DNA of 63,464 nt, the filler included, from Perkinsus chesapeaki ATCC PRA-425 (lineage: Eukaryota > Protista > Perkinsozoa): assembly GCA_013115145.1 (NCBI GenBank). It is 11 parts of 11 records of this genome, joined end to end, with 100 filler letters (N's around TTAATTAATTAA, not from the genome) between each part and the next. Parts side by side here need not be neighbours in the genome. Positions count along the whole stretch, not along the records: positions 1 to 15,590 come from JAAPAO010000724.1; 10 more parts are not named here. One strand, written 5' to 3'. A program made the translations under genes and the position numbers. This document shows, one piece after another, positions 1-12,836 of the stretch. Each line of letters opens with the position of its first letter. Position 1 is the stretch's first letter. A model generated the notes under the pieces. The model was not told where the DNA came from, ran no database searches, and saw only the letters and a program-made list of their open reading frames with translations.

Positions 1-126
1 GATGTCAGGGACCTGTGCTGATAGAGTCGAGGGCAGATTTCCAAGTCGCCAGTACAAAGCCAATTCCCGTCTCGGGCATCGAGAAGATGGTGCTCTCGGC
101 AGAAATACGATGACTAGCAGCCATAA
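1..126 (-). CDS. 3-hydroxyisobutyryl-CoA hydrolase / crotonase-family gene fragment (2 exons visible, runs off window start)
   Basis: Splicing out a 43-nt GT..AG intron (13-55) gives AASHRISAESTIFSMPETGIGF-VPDI. This matches the SHRIAxExTxFxMPETxIGFxPD motif of HIBCH-type crotonases. The 5' part of the gene is not evident. Confidence 0.7.
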
Positions 127-333
127 CTGCAATCTTTCCTTCTTCAGCAATTATCATTCGATAGAACACAATATCAAGCATTATGCGAGAAAAAATTGAA
201 ATGAGAATCACCGCCCGTGGCGATGAGATTCAACTGAGGATACAACGGGTAGAACGTTGCATTTCGAATGCAAGTGATGATGCTTGCATCCTAAGAAGTG
301 CGTCAGACCTATAAGATGCATCTATATAAGGTA

Positions 334-1104
334 TCAACACTTATCATGAGATAGGACTATGGGGTGTTCGCCCGAGATGCCCCGAGTAGCTTTCAATACA
401 CCTTCATCGGTATAGTGAATCCTCATGCCATAATCCAAATAAGGATAATTCAAATCTGTGGCTATGTCATCAACTTGACGAGAATTAACCCAGTAGACCT
501 CTTTATTGGGAACCTTTAACAGTCTGAATTTAATATCATGAAGTGACACGGCCACTCTCCCGCTCACAAACCGAGCAGAGTAGCTCATACCGGAGGCACC
601 GTTAACCAGGTCATACGCACCGGACACATCTCCACTGATGTCTCCTTCCGCCGTGCAGAACTCACGGAAAAGCCCAGCTGGAGGGAAGCGCATATCCTCC
701 TCTACTTGCAGCTGACGGTTTTGGGAAGAGCACCCTCTCCTAGTAAAATTGAGATAGGTACCTCGGTGAGGAACCAAAAGCCTCACCACATCAGTCTTCT
801 GCTGGTACTCCAATGACCATTTGTGGAGAATGTAAGGGAACTTGAGGTTGTCAACTTCTTTCATCGCTTCGAGGGTAATCTTACCGCTGGACCGATCAAC
901 AGTGTAAGAGGAATCACCGATATTGACGGTAGCAGTGTCACCGGCGAGGTGCACGGAAGTACTGCCGGATTCATGTGAGGCGAGCTTGGATACGAGGTTG
1001 CCAGATGCCTTATGGCAGTACTCACCCACTGGGATACTCTGAGCTTTGCAAGCAAGCACATGTGCGAGCACCAGAGCAACGATAGATATGATGTGACGGT
1101 ACAT
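334..1104 (-). CDS. Secreted protein of a lineage-specific (Perkinsus-type) family, two tandem ~120-aa domains
   Basis: Intronless 256-aa ORF with a hydrophobic signal peptide (MYRHIISIVALVLAHVLACKAQ). Two similar halves begin PVGEYC and PAGLFREFC, and each ends in a Cys. Confidence 0.7.
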   Translation of the reverse strand: MYRHIISIVALVLAHVLACKAQSIPVGEYCHKASGNLVSKLASHESGSTSVHLAGDTATVNIGDSSYTVDRSSGKITLEAMKEVDNLKFPYILHKWSLEYQQKTDVVRLLVPHRGTYLNFTRRGCSSQNRQLQVEEDMRFPPAGLFREFCTAEGDISGDVSGAYDLVNGASGMSYSARFVSGRVAVSLHDIKFRLLKVPNKEVYWVNSRQVDDIATDLNYPYLDYGMRIHYTDEGVLKATRGISGEHPIVLSHDKC

Positions 1105-4100
1105 TAGTAGGTTATGCAGGTCGATGTCGAAGATAGAAGCTGGCCAATAGATTGAGTGGTGGTGGTCGGATCTAAAGGATAAGACAACTGAGTGACTGAG
1201 GGTAACAATGACGCTCTTGCCGGGTACTCCAACGACAAGCAGACAATGGTGGCATGCTCAAGATCCGTTCCGGCCAGCAGCCGTGCTCGATTGGTCCCGG
1301 TTGGCTACCCTCAGCTTATAGTTAGCTGAGCTATTGAGCTATTTCTCTGCAGCATTGGGTGATAACGTATATCATTAAACGATAAATATTCACCACTAGA
1401 TGCTGCTTTGAAAAGCTTAACGTGGAATTCTGCAGGTATCAAGCCGAAACACAGAGACGCGTCACGCGTGCCTTTTGTTCCAAGTCGACAGTCTTAACTG
1501 ATATGTAGATTGGTTACGGCCCGCTTTAACACTGGTTCTCTCACGACGGATTCTACTTTGAAGGTCATAATTATCTCCTGAAAACTCAACTCGATGCTCA
1601 ACAGTGATGAATCGAGGACTCTCTTTGTATGAGCTGTAAAGGAGGCGATAATGCGTATTTGGAAAAGTAGTTATGAACATGGGATAGGTGACCCTACTCC
1701 TATTAGTTTGAGTTCATCCGCAACAACAGTTGAACGCGTGCGCTAGGGGTTTCTGCACCCCTCCGAAACCCTTGGGTTGGAACTTATTACCGGCTTTAAA
1801 CAAAGCCCAATACAGATAGGCGTGTTGCGCTTCGACATCTCGTGCATCGAGTACGAATGGCACTCGTGTGCGACTCGTGTGCTTACTGATATTTCCCCAT
1901 CACTGTAGTTTAGCTTCCTGTGCTACTATATCTTGCTGAAGATCCAATAACGTAACATTTGCGGTAGATGTGTTGTACCATCCACGTCGTAGCAAAATGA
2001 GTAACACAAGCGATTTAAACTGGATATCTCTGAGTGGCCCGTGGGAGTTAATCCACTGATATCACTCCGCAGTAGGAGTGGCAACTTCGAGCAGCAACTG
2101 GCTTATAGCAGCCCGTACGCGTGCCCCGCGTCTCAGTTGGGCAATTTCCGGGCGCGCCCATAAAATTGCTATCGCCGCCCGTAAAAGTTCTACCGCCGCA
2201 TGTTGAATTTCTATGTTTGCCCAGGGGATATGATTTTCTACCGATACATTGCCGAGTTGGGGATCCCAGCTACAAAAGTTTGATGTAACATATTGAATTA
2301 GTAATTATTATGGGTATGTATCACGTATGAATTAAGGGTACTAATGTATGTTGCTCGCTGAGCCCCAGAACCAAAACTCTATAGTCTATGGCATATGCGA
2401 GACTGTATTATACGTCATCTTCAGTCATTTGGATAATGTAATTTGACCTGGCAGAACTCATGATCTACGCAATGACTAGGAAGGGTCAACGGCGCAAGCA
2501 CTGTTAGACGTTGATGTAGCCCCCCCCATGTTGGAGAGGTATCGTGTACTATAGTTGCCTCAAGCAACTTGCTATTGAGTAATGCTACTACTCAAAAGTT
2601 AAGCCTTAAACTGATATATCGTGTTGCTGGTTATAGCAAATATGTATGTCGGTGAATGTGAATGAATCTAGTAACCTTTGGTCAAGTTCTTCTACGTAGG
2701 CAGGCTCCCTAGGGCGGCTTTTGGAAGTGGGGGAGTTTGGTGGCTGAAATGAGAGATCCTAATACTTGTTCGTCTCGTTAGTGGTATCCAGCCCGTCAGT
2801 GAAAAACATAATTGACGTTTCACATCGCGAAATGCGATCAGGAGGCGAAAATCGTAGGAAGCAGCCCTAGTGTTCTACCGAGATGTGTGAGAGGTGTTTC
2901 CGGCCTTTTATTGCCAAGCACTGATGAGACAGATAACTGGGCTGGTAAACTTTCTCTGTCGCATACAGTGAGGTTTCTTGCTTGATCCTCGGTGGCTCCC
3001 TTTCACAATCCCTCACAGAGGGGTCCGCTAGACTGGTCGCTACACATGGCTGTGTGACGGGATGTAAATCCTCGAGGCCCCAACGTGGAAATGCCAGTAA
3101 TCTGACGGATTCCGCCCAGATGAGGTGACATCATATTATGATGGTCCTAAAGTAAAATGCGGATGTGCAGCCAATACGGTGGCGGGTAGATTCTCCCCGG
3201 GAGAAGCTGTGAAAATTTCCTTGGGTTTTCTCGAGTATGGCGCGTTATTAAGAGTACTAAGCGCTGCAATTGCGATATTCTCGGCTTTATTGTGGTTATA
3301 TTGTGGTCTCGATGTGGTGATGAAATTTAATGCATGGTTGTCAGGAAATACGAGGTGATTGAGTCACAGTGATTTGGGCAAGCGAATGCAAACGTTTTCA
3401 TTGCGTGAGGACAGGATATTATAATAGGATGTTGAACAAGAAGCGACCTACGAATTAACAAGAACGACTACTGCTAACTTACAACTACTACAGCGACCAC
3501 TCTGCTAATCTACAGAAACGAGTTTCGTTACGGATTATGAGTTTTCAGCCGCTCGTAGTGCCTAACAGCGGCTTGGTAAATTACTTGTCCGTTTTTGGCT
3601 TCTTTGCCATCATTGCTTTCTGACCGCTGGGTTCGAAATCCTGTAGATCAGTCTCTTTATGAGACTCTGAGATAGTCCGAGACTCTCTTACCAGCTCCGT
3701 TTTGTTGATTATTGAGGTTACTGTGATCACTTATAGATACTTGATCATTGTAGTGGCCATGTATCATTCTCGAGAAGTGTCAGCAGCGTCTCTTCGCACT
3801 AGGTTGTGTTCCAGTAGTCAATTGCTGCGCCACCTCAAAATACAACCGAGAATAATACGGTATCGCATGCCACAAGATGCCTGCTCGGTTTGAATATAAG
3901 TATGAGCTGCGTAATTAGACATGAACTTATGGTCGCTATAGTTGAGTCGCACTGCTAAATTAACAATGCTGATAAGGAGCAGGGGGCAATTTGAATGATA
4001 AACATTCACTCCCCCAGGTCCATGCGATGGCAGTCGAGTCGCGGCTTTTTTCGTAGAGAGTACTGGCTACTTCTATCACAATTCACCGAGCCATAGTCGT

Positions 4101-4499
4101 ACTAACAAAAAACAAGCGATCTCAATGGACATCGTGATGGATTATGGTCATCTTACTTCTTCAACACCCCCGATTTCGCTCCTCGTTAGAATAGCTGTAT
4201 CACCCGTATCTAGTTGAAGTAATGCTTCGAGCATACCGTAATACGATCTCACTCTTTTTTTTCTCTAGGTCACCAGTTGAATCGAAAACTCAATCTTGCT
4301 CACCTGGATTAGCCTCGTGAGAATTCTCTACTCCGGGGATGGCCACCTCTGGGTAGTGAAGGATTGGAGCTTCCGCATCTAGCTGGAATGATAAGGGCAC
4401 CGGCAGCAAAAAGCAGGGCGCGCACTAGCTTGCGGCCTGAATTCGGGCAGAGCCAACACGCTCCGTTCCACGTTCCAATGTCGGGGTCTGCGCGGAAGC

Positions 4500-4596
4500 G
4501 CAGAAGAAAAAAACATTTCCGGAAATTTACGGAAATTTCCAACGGAAATTCCCGAAATGGAAATATTTTGCTGTTTCCGAAAAATGAAACACCCTG
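4500..4596 (-). mobile_element. Probable single end of a DNA transposon (CAGGGTG terminus with subterminal GGAAAT repeats)
   Basis: The minus strand reads CAGGGTGTTTCATTTTTCGGAAAC... with several clustered (C)GGAAAT(T) motifs in both orientations. No partner end or target-site duplication found. Confidence 0.35.
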
Positions 4597-5944
4597 AGTT
4601 CTGCACTAAAGTCGAGAAGATGATGGATGAGCTTGAAGGCTCCGGAGAAGCTAGTCACCCAGTCGTCATTTTTAGACGCTGGGCCAGCATGTATCGTAAA
4701 GCTGGAAGGCTAGAGTTCTCTCGGATTGTTGAAGAAGAAGTTTATCTGGTTGGCAAACTTTCTGGTGCCTCAGGTCTGCGAATAGATTGGCCTTTGAGAG
4801 CATCTTTATATGAATTAGTTTTGCAACAGTTAGCAGTTAGTTTTGTCCCCGTGCCAAGATGTCAGACAGTGGCTACGGTGCGCTTATTGCTAAAAAAATA
4901 CAGTGGCTGCGGTACAAAATGTATTAGGAATCTGCGTTGCAGCCTCGGCGAAGGATACGTATGGGGGAATTTCAGTCTAAAGTGTCTAAAGCTCAGACGA
5001 GAAAGGGTCCTGCTAAACCCAAAGAGCCTCATTTTCAGCCATTGATTCAGTGATTCCGAGCCATATATTGCCTGTCTTATAATCAAACCAGCCTCCGTGC
5101 ACGCAACGCGCTTGTCTGTGATGAAATGTAAGTCCTCGTTGTCAACTGACGAGCATCATGCTCAGAGCATGGCTTCATGCCATCGCAGGACGGATCAATA
5201 CGCGAATCGTGTAACGCGATCCGATGAACGTCCAATATAATCAGCATCATACGTTGAGGCTCAGCGGCTGAGGGTATTAAGCTAGTTTATACACAAATGT
5301 TTGTATCCAACGGTATGCTCCCTGTCGTCCTAGGCTGCTACTGCAGGTAATAACAAATATCAACGCAATACCAGAAAATCTTTAAGAGGCTTGTACCCTT
5401 CCGAACAACTTGGCAGAGGACGAAATACCATTTGACGACAAGGCTTATCAAGAATTGAAGAGTAGCACACTCTAAACTTTTGCGTGATTATCATATCATT
5501 GCATTATGCGCTTTAATGAAAGTATTAATGGTGGTCAGGGAAATAAGTAAAGACTCTAGTGTAAAGTCAGGCAACAAGTTTGCGCACACAAATACCATTT
5601 TAAAGTTCAACATTTAAACCAGGACCAGGTTATAGCTCATAACATATGAGCTGTAGCGCGAACATGGATAGTCATAACTCACGACAACCCCCGGAAAACG
5701 AGCATGCCTCACAGTCTGATACCACTTCTGATACAAGTTCTCTCGCAGTGAGGGTACTTCCTAATAGAAGGCTCCTATAGCAAGATTAGTGTGTATGAAG
5801 GTAGCAATGCAGATATTGCTTGCAGACACGACAATACGGTGACGGTGACATAATTCCCTCTCGTCGCACAATCAAGGAAATGTAACGTAAGAAAGTCTAA
5901 TATCTCGCTTGTGATCGACTACACTTCCGTGTATCAGTATTCAC

Positions 5945-6589
5945 CCGCCAAGTGCAGTCGAGAGTCCCAGAAGGTTGAGAAATACAATGCATATCAGTGG
6001 GGCATTTCTTGAACCCCTAAAAAAGCAAGGCATACTGTTGGCTGTGGTGATCACTTGAGGGCCTTACCAAACAACCCAACCTGCAGTGACGGCTGTACTG
6101 CTTCCCATAGTGCCAACAATATTGATTAGCATTTCCCTGAGGAGCGCCAGGACAGTCAGAGTTTTGAGAGCAGCTCTTAGTGCAAAAGCATGTCGTAGGG
6201 GTACATGAAGACCCGTCCTAATAAGATATTTTTTACATTTCAGCAAGCACGAGCTCTTACCCATCTGCATACTGGATACCAGCCGTTGCCTCCGCACGTA
6301 CAGTTGTGTGTGACGAAGTTAGAATCCAGATAACAAGGAGGTCCAGCCGGTTTGGAGTAAGGAACTGATTGGAGAAAGCAACCCAGCGCAGTATTTTCCA
6401 ATTCGATAATCGCCCAAGCTTTTTGCCAACGACTCCTCTTACCGAAGGGCGCCTGAGTTGTGGTGGGCTCCGCGTCGAGTTCCATCCTAAAAAGAAATGC
6501 AGTAGAAATCGAGCTCGCAAATATGCATACTTCTCCGTAGAGCTGATAACAAAGCTTCCAACAATGATGATAATGGGGACGGTTTTCAT
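5945..6589 (-). CDS. Secreted cysteine-rich protein (at least 5 exons, 3' end uncertain)
   Basis: Manual GT-AG splicing gives MKTVPIIIIVGSFVISSTEKMELDAEPTTTQAPFVPYSKPAGPPCYLDSNFVTHNCTCGGNGWYPVCRWDGSSCTPTTCFCTKSCSQNSDCPGAPQGNANQYCWHYGKQYSRHCRLGCLGFKKCPTDMHCISQPSGTLDCTW. The frame stays open across four introns. Confidence 0.7.
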
Positions 6590-7872
6590 AGTATATGTAA
6601 TATAGAAGACTAGAGAGAGCCTTGTGGGACCATCCCAAGACTCAAGGTGAACTCGGCCTAGGTTGACTGTGGATATTCCGAAACAATACAGAGCTTGTAT
6701 AACAGAAGGCGCACTCGCATATTGCCGCTGCTGTGACAGTAGTTTTGTCACCACTTACATGCGTACGACGCATAATACACGAAGTAGTACTACATGAGTC
6801 TGTGATTGCTTTGCATTACTTCATCGGCGGATAACTTCTTTTCGCGGCGCTGTTGATAACCTACCCTGCCTCCTCGCTTTCTGGCTGAATGAATTACGAA
6901 CGGCTCGGACAAAAAACAAGCATGGTGCTCTATTGGCTATCGTGACAAATAGGCTCAGAGATGCAAGTTTCGGCTGCGATGGTCATAAACTAAGGGATCT
7001 GCAAGTCGTGCGATGATACTTGTCGATGACTCGCCCACCAAGAGTCCTCGGAGCGCAAACACCTCTATCGAGTGATTAGCGTTCATCGCTCTACCTGCAA
7101 ATATAGCTCCTTCGCCTATCTGCTTAATAAGCATATTAACAGCAGCATGATAGCATAATAACATAAGCGGTGCATATGCAGGCATAATCCGGACGATAGC
7201 CATGGACCCGGATTTATAATATCGGCTCCGGCATATGGCCCTATGCCCATATGATATGGGCAATCAATAGTCAACCATTGCTTTATTTAACAAGACTTGA
7301 ACGTGCTTGTTCTACTTCAAGCCGTGTGACCTCATTGAAATACGCAGCTGCCGCCAGCACTAACAGGATCTGTGAGACGTACCACACTGGAATCGGTGCG
7401 ATCCGCCTCCAATTTCCCCGCTACCCTCCCGTGGTCTTTTGTACCCCTTCGCCTCCTTCCACATTCTTACGTTACACATAGACTATGCCCATAGTCCTTC
7501 ATCAACTCTATTATCGGACTTGAGGTTCTCCGTCGGACTTCAAGTTCTTTGACTTAATTGCATTATTTTCCTGTTTGAACCTCGGTCGCAGCCCACCCTT
7601 GTGACAGCACGCCAATGACGAACAGCCTGTTCGGAACAGGCTTTCAATGCTCGTCATGTGTCATTGCAGGACAAATATAGGCAGTATGTTAGCACTACTT
7701 TACTTTCCAACACCGCCAAACATGAAGGAGACGCCGCAGCCTCAAACTCTGAGTATAATAGAACGCCGCGAAGAAGCCCTTTAGCTCCCAGTGGAAGCCT
7801 CCCAGAAAATCCAGGAAACAGACTGAGCATGGATATTTAAAACGCGCTTGGAATCCAAACTCTAGCGGAATC

Positions 7873-8079
7873 TGTTGTAATCGTTGTAAGGAGAACCTAA
7901 GATTGCATAGTTTATGCAGAATGCCTCAGTAGCATATTCCTGCATTTGTTGTACATTTTAGCTGCGCTAGCGCATAGCTTATGTTCTAGAGAGTAGAAGA
8001 GCATATTGGCTCCTACGGTTGCACCTCCTTACTACTTTGAGGACTGTGGTGTTCGTCAACTAACTCCCCAACAATAACA
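7873..8079 (+). repeat. 5' LTR (207 bp)
   Basis: Direct repeat of 12630-12836, with TGTTG...TAACA termini. Confidence 0.96.
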
Positions 8080-8098
8080 ACTGGTACTGGAACCGAGA

Positions 8099-8922
8099 AT
8101 GACTAACATTGAGAAGAAGGAGAGTGGTGCTCTGTGTCCGACCTTCTCAGGAGTGGCTGAAGGTGACCGCGCCAATCCTACTAAGTCTGTTGAGATTTTC
8201 TTGAGAAGGTTTGAGACCTATCTAGAGATCAAGGGTATCATACCACCGTCTGATGAGAATGATCAGCAAGCTCGCCAGAGGTACGAGCGACAGCGCGTTG
8301 GACTTCTAAAAGCAGCATTGAAAGACAAAGCTGCGGCCTGGGTCTATTCCCTCCCAGAGGACACTCAGCACTCATACGAGAATGTTCTCCGTGAATTGCA
8401 AGCAGCGTACGGAATCGATGTCCTAGAAGCCTATACCAGCTTCAAGGGAAGAAAGCTGAAGTCTGAAGACAATGTTGACTCATTTGTTGCGCTTCTAAGA
8501 CATGATCTTCACATATGCTTACCGGTGGTAACTACAGATGCTCTACTGAAACTTCAACTATTGGCAGGGTTGCCCAGTGGATCCAATGCCAAAGTGCAAG
8601 CCCTTGCTCGTGACTCCGCCGAGACGTCTTTGGACCAGTTGGTGCTGACTGTGAGAGAACAGATGAGAGCCGCTAGGGTGGATAGCTCCACTACCCAAGT
8701 AGGTGCATTCATGCCGTCGACCTCGAGGAAGGGCAAAGGCAAAGGAAAAGGAAAAGGACGTCAGGGATACCACGAGGCCGTTATACTGCTCAAGATAATG
8801 GGCCTGTGATATGCTATGAGTGCGGACAGAGGGGGCACATTCGCCGCCAATGTCCGAACCTTAGGGCCGAAGAGAATCCGGTCCAGGGAAACAGGCCGCC
8901 GGTGGCGCAGAGCGATCAGTAG
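8099..8922 (+). pseudogene. gag: gag with CCHC zinc knuckle, one frameshift near 8770
   Basis: ORF 8099-8809 is gag-like. The knuckle CYECGQRGHIRRQC lies in another frame and ends at TAG 8920-8922. Confidence 0.85.
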
Positions 8923-11900
8923 GCGCTGCGTCACCAAGTAACTATCATAAGCCTACTGCTATGATTGATAGTACTAAACTACCTACTGCAAAGTGCTCGA
9001 TATCATCACCCGAAACCAATTTGTCATGGTCGGGTAATGCTTTACTCGATTGTGGCTATTCTCTCATTACTTGTAAAGTTGTTGATGTATTACAAAGTCA
9101 AAGTATGGTTCGTAAAGAACCCTCTAGACTAGTTACCCTGTCGAATAATGATTTGGTGTCATGTGGCCGTATTAATGTCGGTATTACCTTGTCGAGCTCT
9201 ACGGCTCGGGCCACTATATTAGATGTTGTAGTCGTCCAGAGCATTCCGGGGAATTTGGAATGCGTTATTGGATTTGACTTTTTCCGTGAAACTGCTTCAC
9301 GATTAACTCTCAGTGTAGATTCTTATTCAGGACGGCCAGTTACGCTACTGAGCGCCCTAGGCCCGTCATTGAAGCCTATTACCAGAGAAGCTCGCTTCAA
9401 GCTTCCGTCATGCGACGTTTTAGAAGAATATGTGGGAGATCAAGTCATGAGGGTGACGTTGGAGGCACCCGACTGTTGGGCCCAGCGGGATACCATCCAA
9501 GAAGGACAGAAGGCATCAGCGGTCTATCAGTGGACGGTTGGTTGGGAATGGAAGGTTGGTGAACGGCAAGACCAAGAAGAAGAACCGCCCCATATTCCGG
9601 GTCCTAAAGAGATACCGGGACTGCTCGATACCTTGACGGACGATGAGTTCAAGGACCTTTCTAATGAATTACAGTCTTGGGTTGATAAAGGATGGCTTGT
9701 CAAAGTAGAACCAGCTGATGAAGAAAAAGTGCGAGCAGTATTACCTATTGTTCCAGTGATAAGCATCCACCGTTCAACAACCGCTCGCCCGACCCTAAAT
9801 TTCAAACGAGTGAACTCACGATCAGTACAAGCAGCAGATCCTTATGCAGCAAGCTGTCCGGCATCGCTGAGAGCATGGAGAAGGTATGATAATGGTATTC
9901 TTCTGGATATATCAAAGGCATACCCAAGTCTACATATTAATAAGCAGCAAAGTTGGTATCAATGTATATATATTAGATTCAATGGGAGGCATGAGCCAGG
10001 CCAGCTTTACCGCTTGGTTAAGTTGGGCTTTGGCCATGCGTCAGCGCCCCGGCTACTGAAAATGACGTTGGACTACATACTGGGCCCTGACGAAGACACC
10101 AGTACAATAGTAAAGGAGAGTCACAAGCATCCGATATACCCAGTACCTCGACACTTAAAGTATTTTGATGATATCCTGGTGCCAATAGGACGCGAGGAGA
10201 CACGTGAACAAGCCCAACATAATGCCGAAGTCATACGGTCGTTACTAGCTGACAACAAGTTGATTACAAAGCCCCCACAACCCCTAGACGAAGCTCGTCT
10301 GTTAGGTCTGGTCATCAAGCGGGATGGGCAAGGCAAGCTATGGTGGTCCCGCAGGAGTCCGTCAAAGACGTTAGTATCATTTAGAGAGCTATTGTTGTCG
10401 GAGAACCAGGCGCCTTCTGCCCGAGAAGTATCATCATGGTTAGGGTCGTTAGTTGCTCACCTTCCGGTACTATCATGGTTGAGACCCGCAGTTGCAATTA
10501 GTAAACGTCTATTAGGCCAATCTATAGGTAGAGACCTACTCAAGTGGGACCAGCCTACAGAACCAGCTATTATTAATTATTGTACTCAACTATGTGACGA
10601 GCTCGAGCAACGAGGCGTCCCGGCCCGAGGCCTATGGCAATTACCACAAGCTGAGGATCTAATACACTGTTATGTTGATGCCTCCGATATTGCAATTGCC
10701 TGTGTGATGACGGATACCGCCAACAACATTATATATCATACAACTACTTTGAGAAAAGTGCCGAAGGGAGCTATCAAGGATTCCTCTCATATAAACACAG
10801 CAGAGCTAGAGAGCGCGATTCTGGGCATTGAGACTTCAATAGGGTTATTCTAATGCTATATTATTTTGCGACTCGTCTGCTGTATATCATTGGTTATCAT
10901 CAATTATTGGTCACAAAAAAATAAAAGTTAGTGGTCTCTATAAAATAATTATTAGTCGACGCCTAGATATTGTGCGATCGCTGATTACCCTATTTAACTT
11001 ACATCTGGATATCCGGCAGATTAAGTCTCATGAGAATCCTGCCGATTCTCTAACTCGAGTTTGCTGGAACTATCAACTTTTATCAGAATCTACCACCCAC
11101 CTCCTGTCTGCTCTGCTTCCGGAGCAGGGGGGCGAGGGACAGTGGTGGCCAACACTGGTCGAGTTACGAAGAGCTCAAGGAGTTGGTGACGATGAACCTT
11201 TGGTATTACATAATGGTCTACCTTTACTTCCTGAGTCATTGCAGCATAGAGTTATCACCCAGCTTCATGAATCTCAGCTACATGCTGGGGAAGCAGCAAC
11301 TCGAGAGCGTTGAGCGTTGCGAAGGGTGTATTCTTTCCCTAGGTTATCTGAAACGGTACACCAAGCTCTACAGCAATGTCAGAATGAAATATGTATCCGA
11401 GAGCGAGCCAAAGTGACACGCATTGACAAGACAAATCCAAGACGCCTAGCAGAAGGAGTTTGGACAGTGGTAGCAGCTGTCAGCTGATGTCACTTATGTT
11501 CACAGTGAAGCATTCTTACTGACAGTTGATGAATATAGTCGTTATGCTTGTGTAAGACGGGTTCGCAGCGAGGCATCCAATGAGCTATGGGGTGCACTGA
11601 AGTCTATATTTAGGAACCCTTACTTGGGCCTCCATACCTGCGCTGCGATAAAGGCAAAGGATTTTTGGCTTTGCAAAAGAGGCTAGCGACTGTAGGTACC
11701 ATTCTAGTCCCTACCAGCGGTCATAGAGCTACAGCAAATGCATGCGTTGAGAGATTACATCGCACTATCAAGGAGAAGTTGGTATTTGTATCTGATTCGA
11801 TGCCACTAAGTGAAAGAATGCAATTATGTGTTTCTATATATAATGAAACCATACACAGTGGTATGAAGGAAACCCCACTGAATACATTGATTGGTCGCCG

Positions 11901-12468
11901 AGTTCGATATGGTGCAGAGTTACCGATGCCGGTACCAGCACCAGAAGGGCTCTCTTTATTTACGATTGGTGAATGGGTATGGGTGTTGCGACCAGATCCC
12001 GAGCGGCGAGCTGGAAACCGCTTCTATCCAAGGGAATATATAATTGTATCTACGTCTACCCATGCTTCAAAAGTACGACCAGTAGGCCAAGGAGTATCGA
12101 ACGTGGAGCTTCTCAATGTTTCTAATGATCGTCTCGTGCCAGCAAGAGGAGAAGAATCACCAGAGACAGAAGACAGTGCATCCGTGCAATCCGAAGAACT
12201 TACTATCAGTTCGAGGTCAAGCCTTGCGTCGGTGGCCAACGACCAAGACATTGAACCTTTGGACAACGATGACATTGAGGCCGATGAAGACTCGATGAAT
12301 GAACAATCTGAACCAGCTGCCCAGTCAATTGGTTCCCCTAATGAAGGAGATGTATCGCCTGCCTTAGCTCCTCGCAGTCGGCGGCCACCCTTAAGGTTCA
12401 GCCCGGGCGGAAACCCAAAGCAAACTAGCTTTGATCAAGAAGGATATCCTATTCCCCAGAGTTCATGA
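8886..12468 (+). pseudogene. pol: pol (protease, RT, RNase H, integrase) with frameshifts and an in-frame stop
   Basis: Protease LLDCG. RT LLDISKAY, KLGFG and YFDD. RNase H YVDAS, NTAELES, FCDS and NPADSLTR. HHCC finger and integrase core (DVTYV, DKGKGF, ANACVERLHRTIKE). Frameshift near 10850, TGA at 11311-11313, further frameshifts near 11480 and 11640. Confidence 0.9.
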
Positions 12469-12629
12469 TGAATTTCATATGAAGAGTCTCCTCAGAAGAG
12501 ATCTAGATCAATGTTTATTCTTGTTTATCGTCGATGATTAAGATAAGTAGCTACTGTCAGTCATAGTAAGTGTCAAGGATATTGATCAATAGTGAGCCCC
12601 TTACGTAGTTGACAAACAGGGGGGCGAGT

Positions 12630-12836
12630 TGTTGTAATCGTTGTAAGGAGAACCTAAGATTGCATAGTTTATGCAGAATGCCTCAGTAGCATATTCCTGC
12701 ATTTGTTGTGCATTTTAGCTGCGCTAGCGCATAGCTTATGTTCTAGAGAGTAGAAGAGCATATTGGCTCCTACGGTTGCACCTCCTTACTACTTTGAGGA
12801 CTGTGGTGTTCGTCAACTAACTCCCCAACAATAACA
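12630..12836 (+). repeat. 3' LTR (207 bp)
   Basis: Direct repeat of 7873-8079 with a single A/G difference. Confidence 0.96.

Larger units (their letters stand above)
7873..12836 (+). mobile_element. Complete LTR retrotransposon (gag, then PR-RT-RNaseH-integrase order, Ty3/gypsy-like), recent insertion with disrupted ORFs
   Basis: 207-bp TG..CA LTRs at 7873-8079 and 12630-12836 with 1 mismatch. 5-bp target-site duplication GAATC (7868-7872, 12837-12841). Candidate PBS TGGTACTGGAACCGAG at 8082. Polypurine tract ACAGGGGGGCGAG before the 3' LTR. Confidence 0.96.

Noticed and set aside
4557-5045. ORF as a hAT transposase dimerisation domain
   Set aside because: Resemblance is vague, the WW and ERxFS motifs are missing, and the ORF start lies inside the repeat-rich end.
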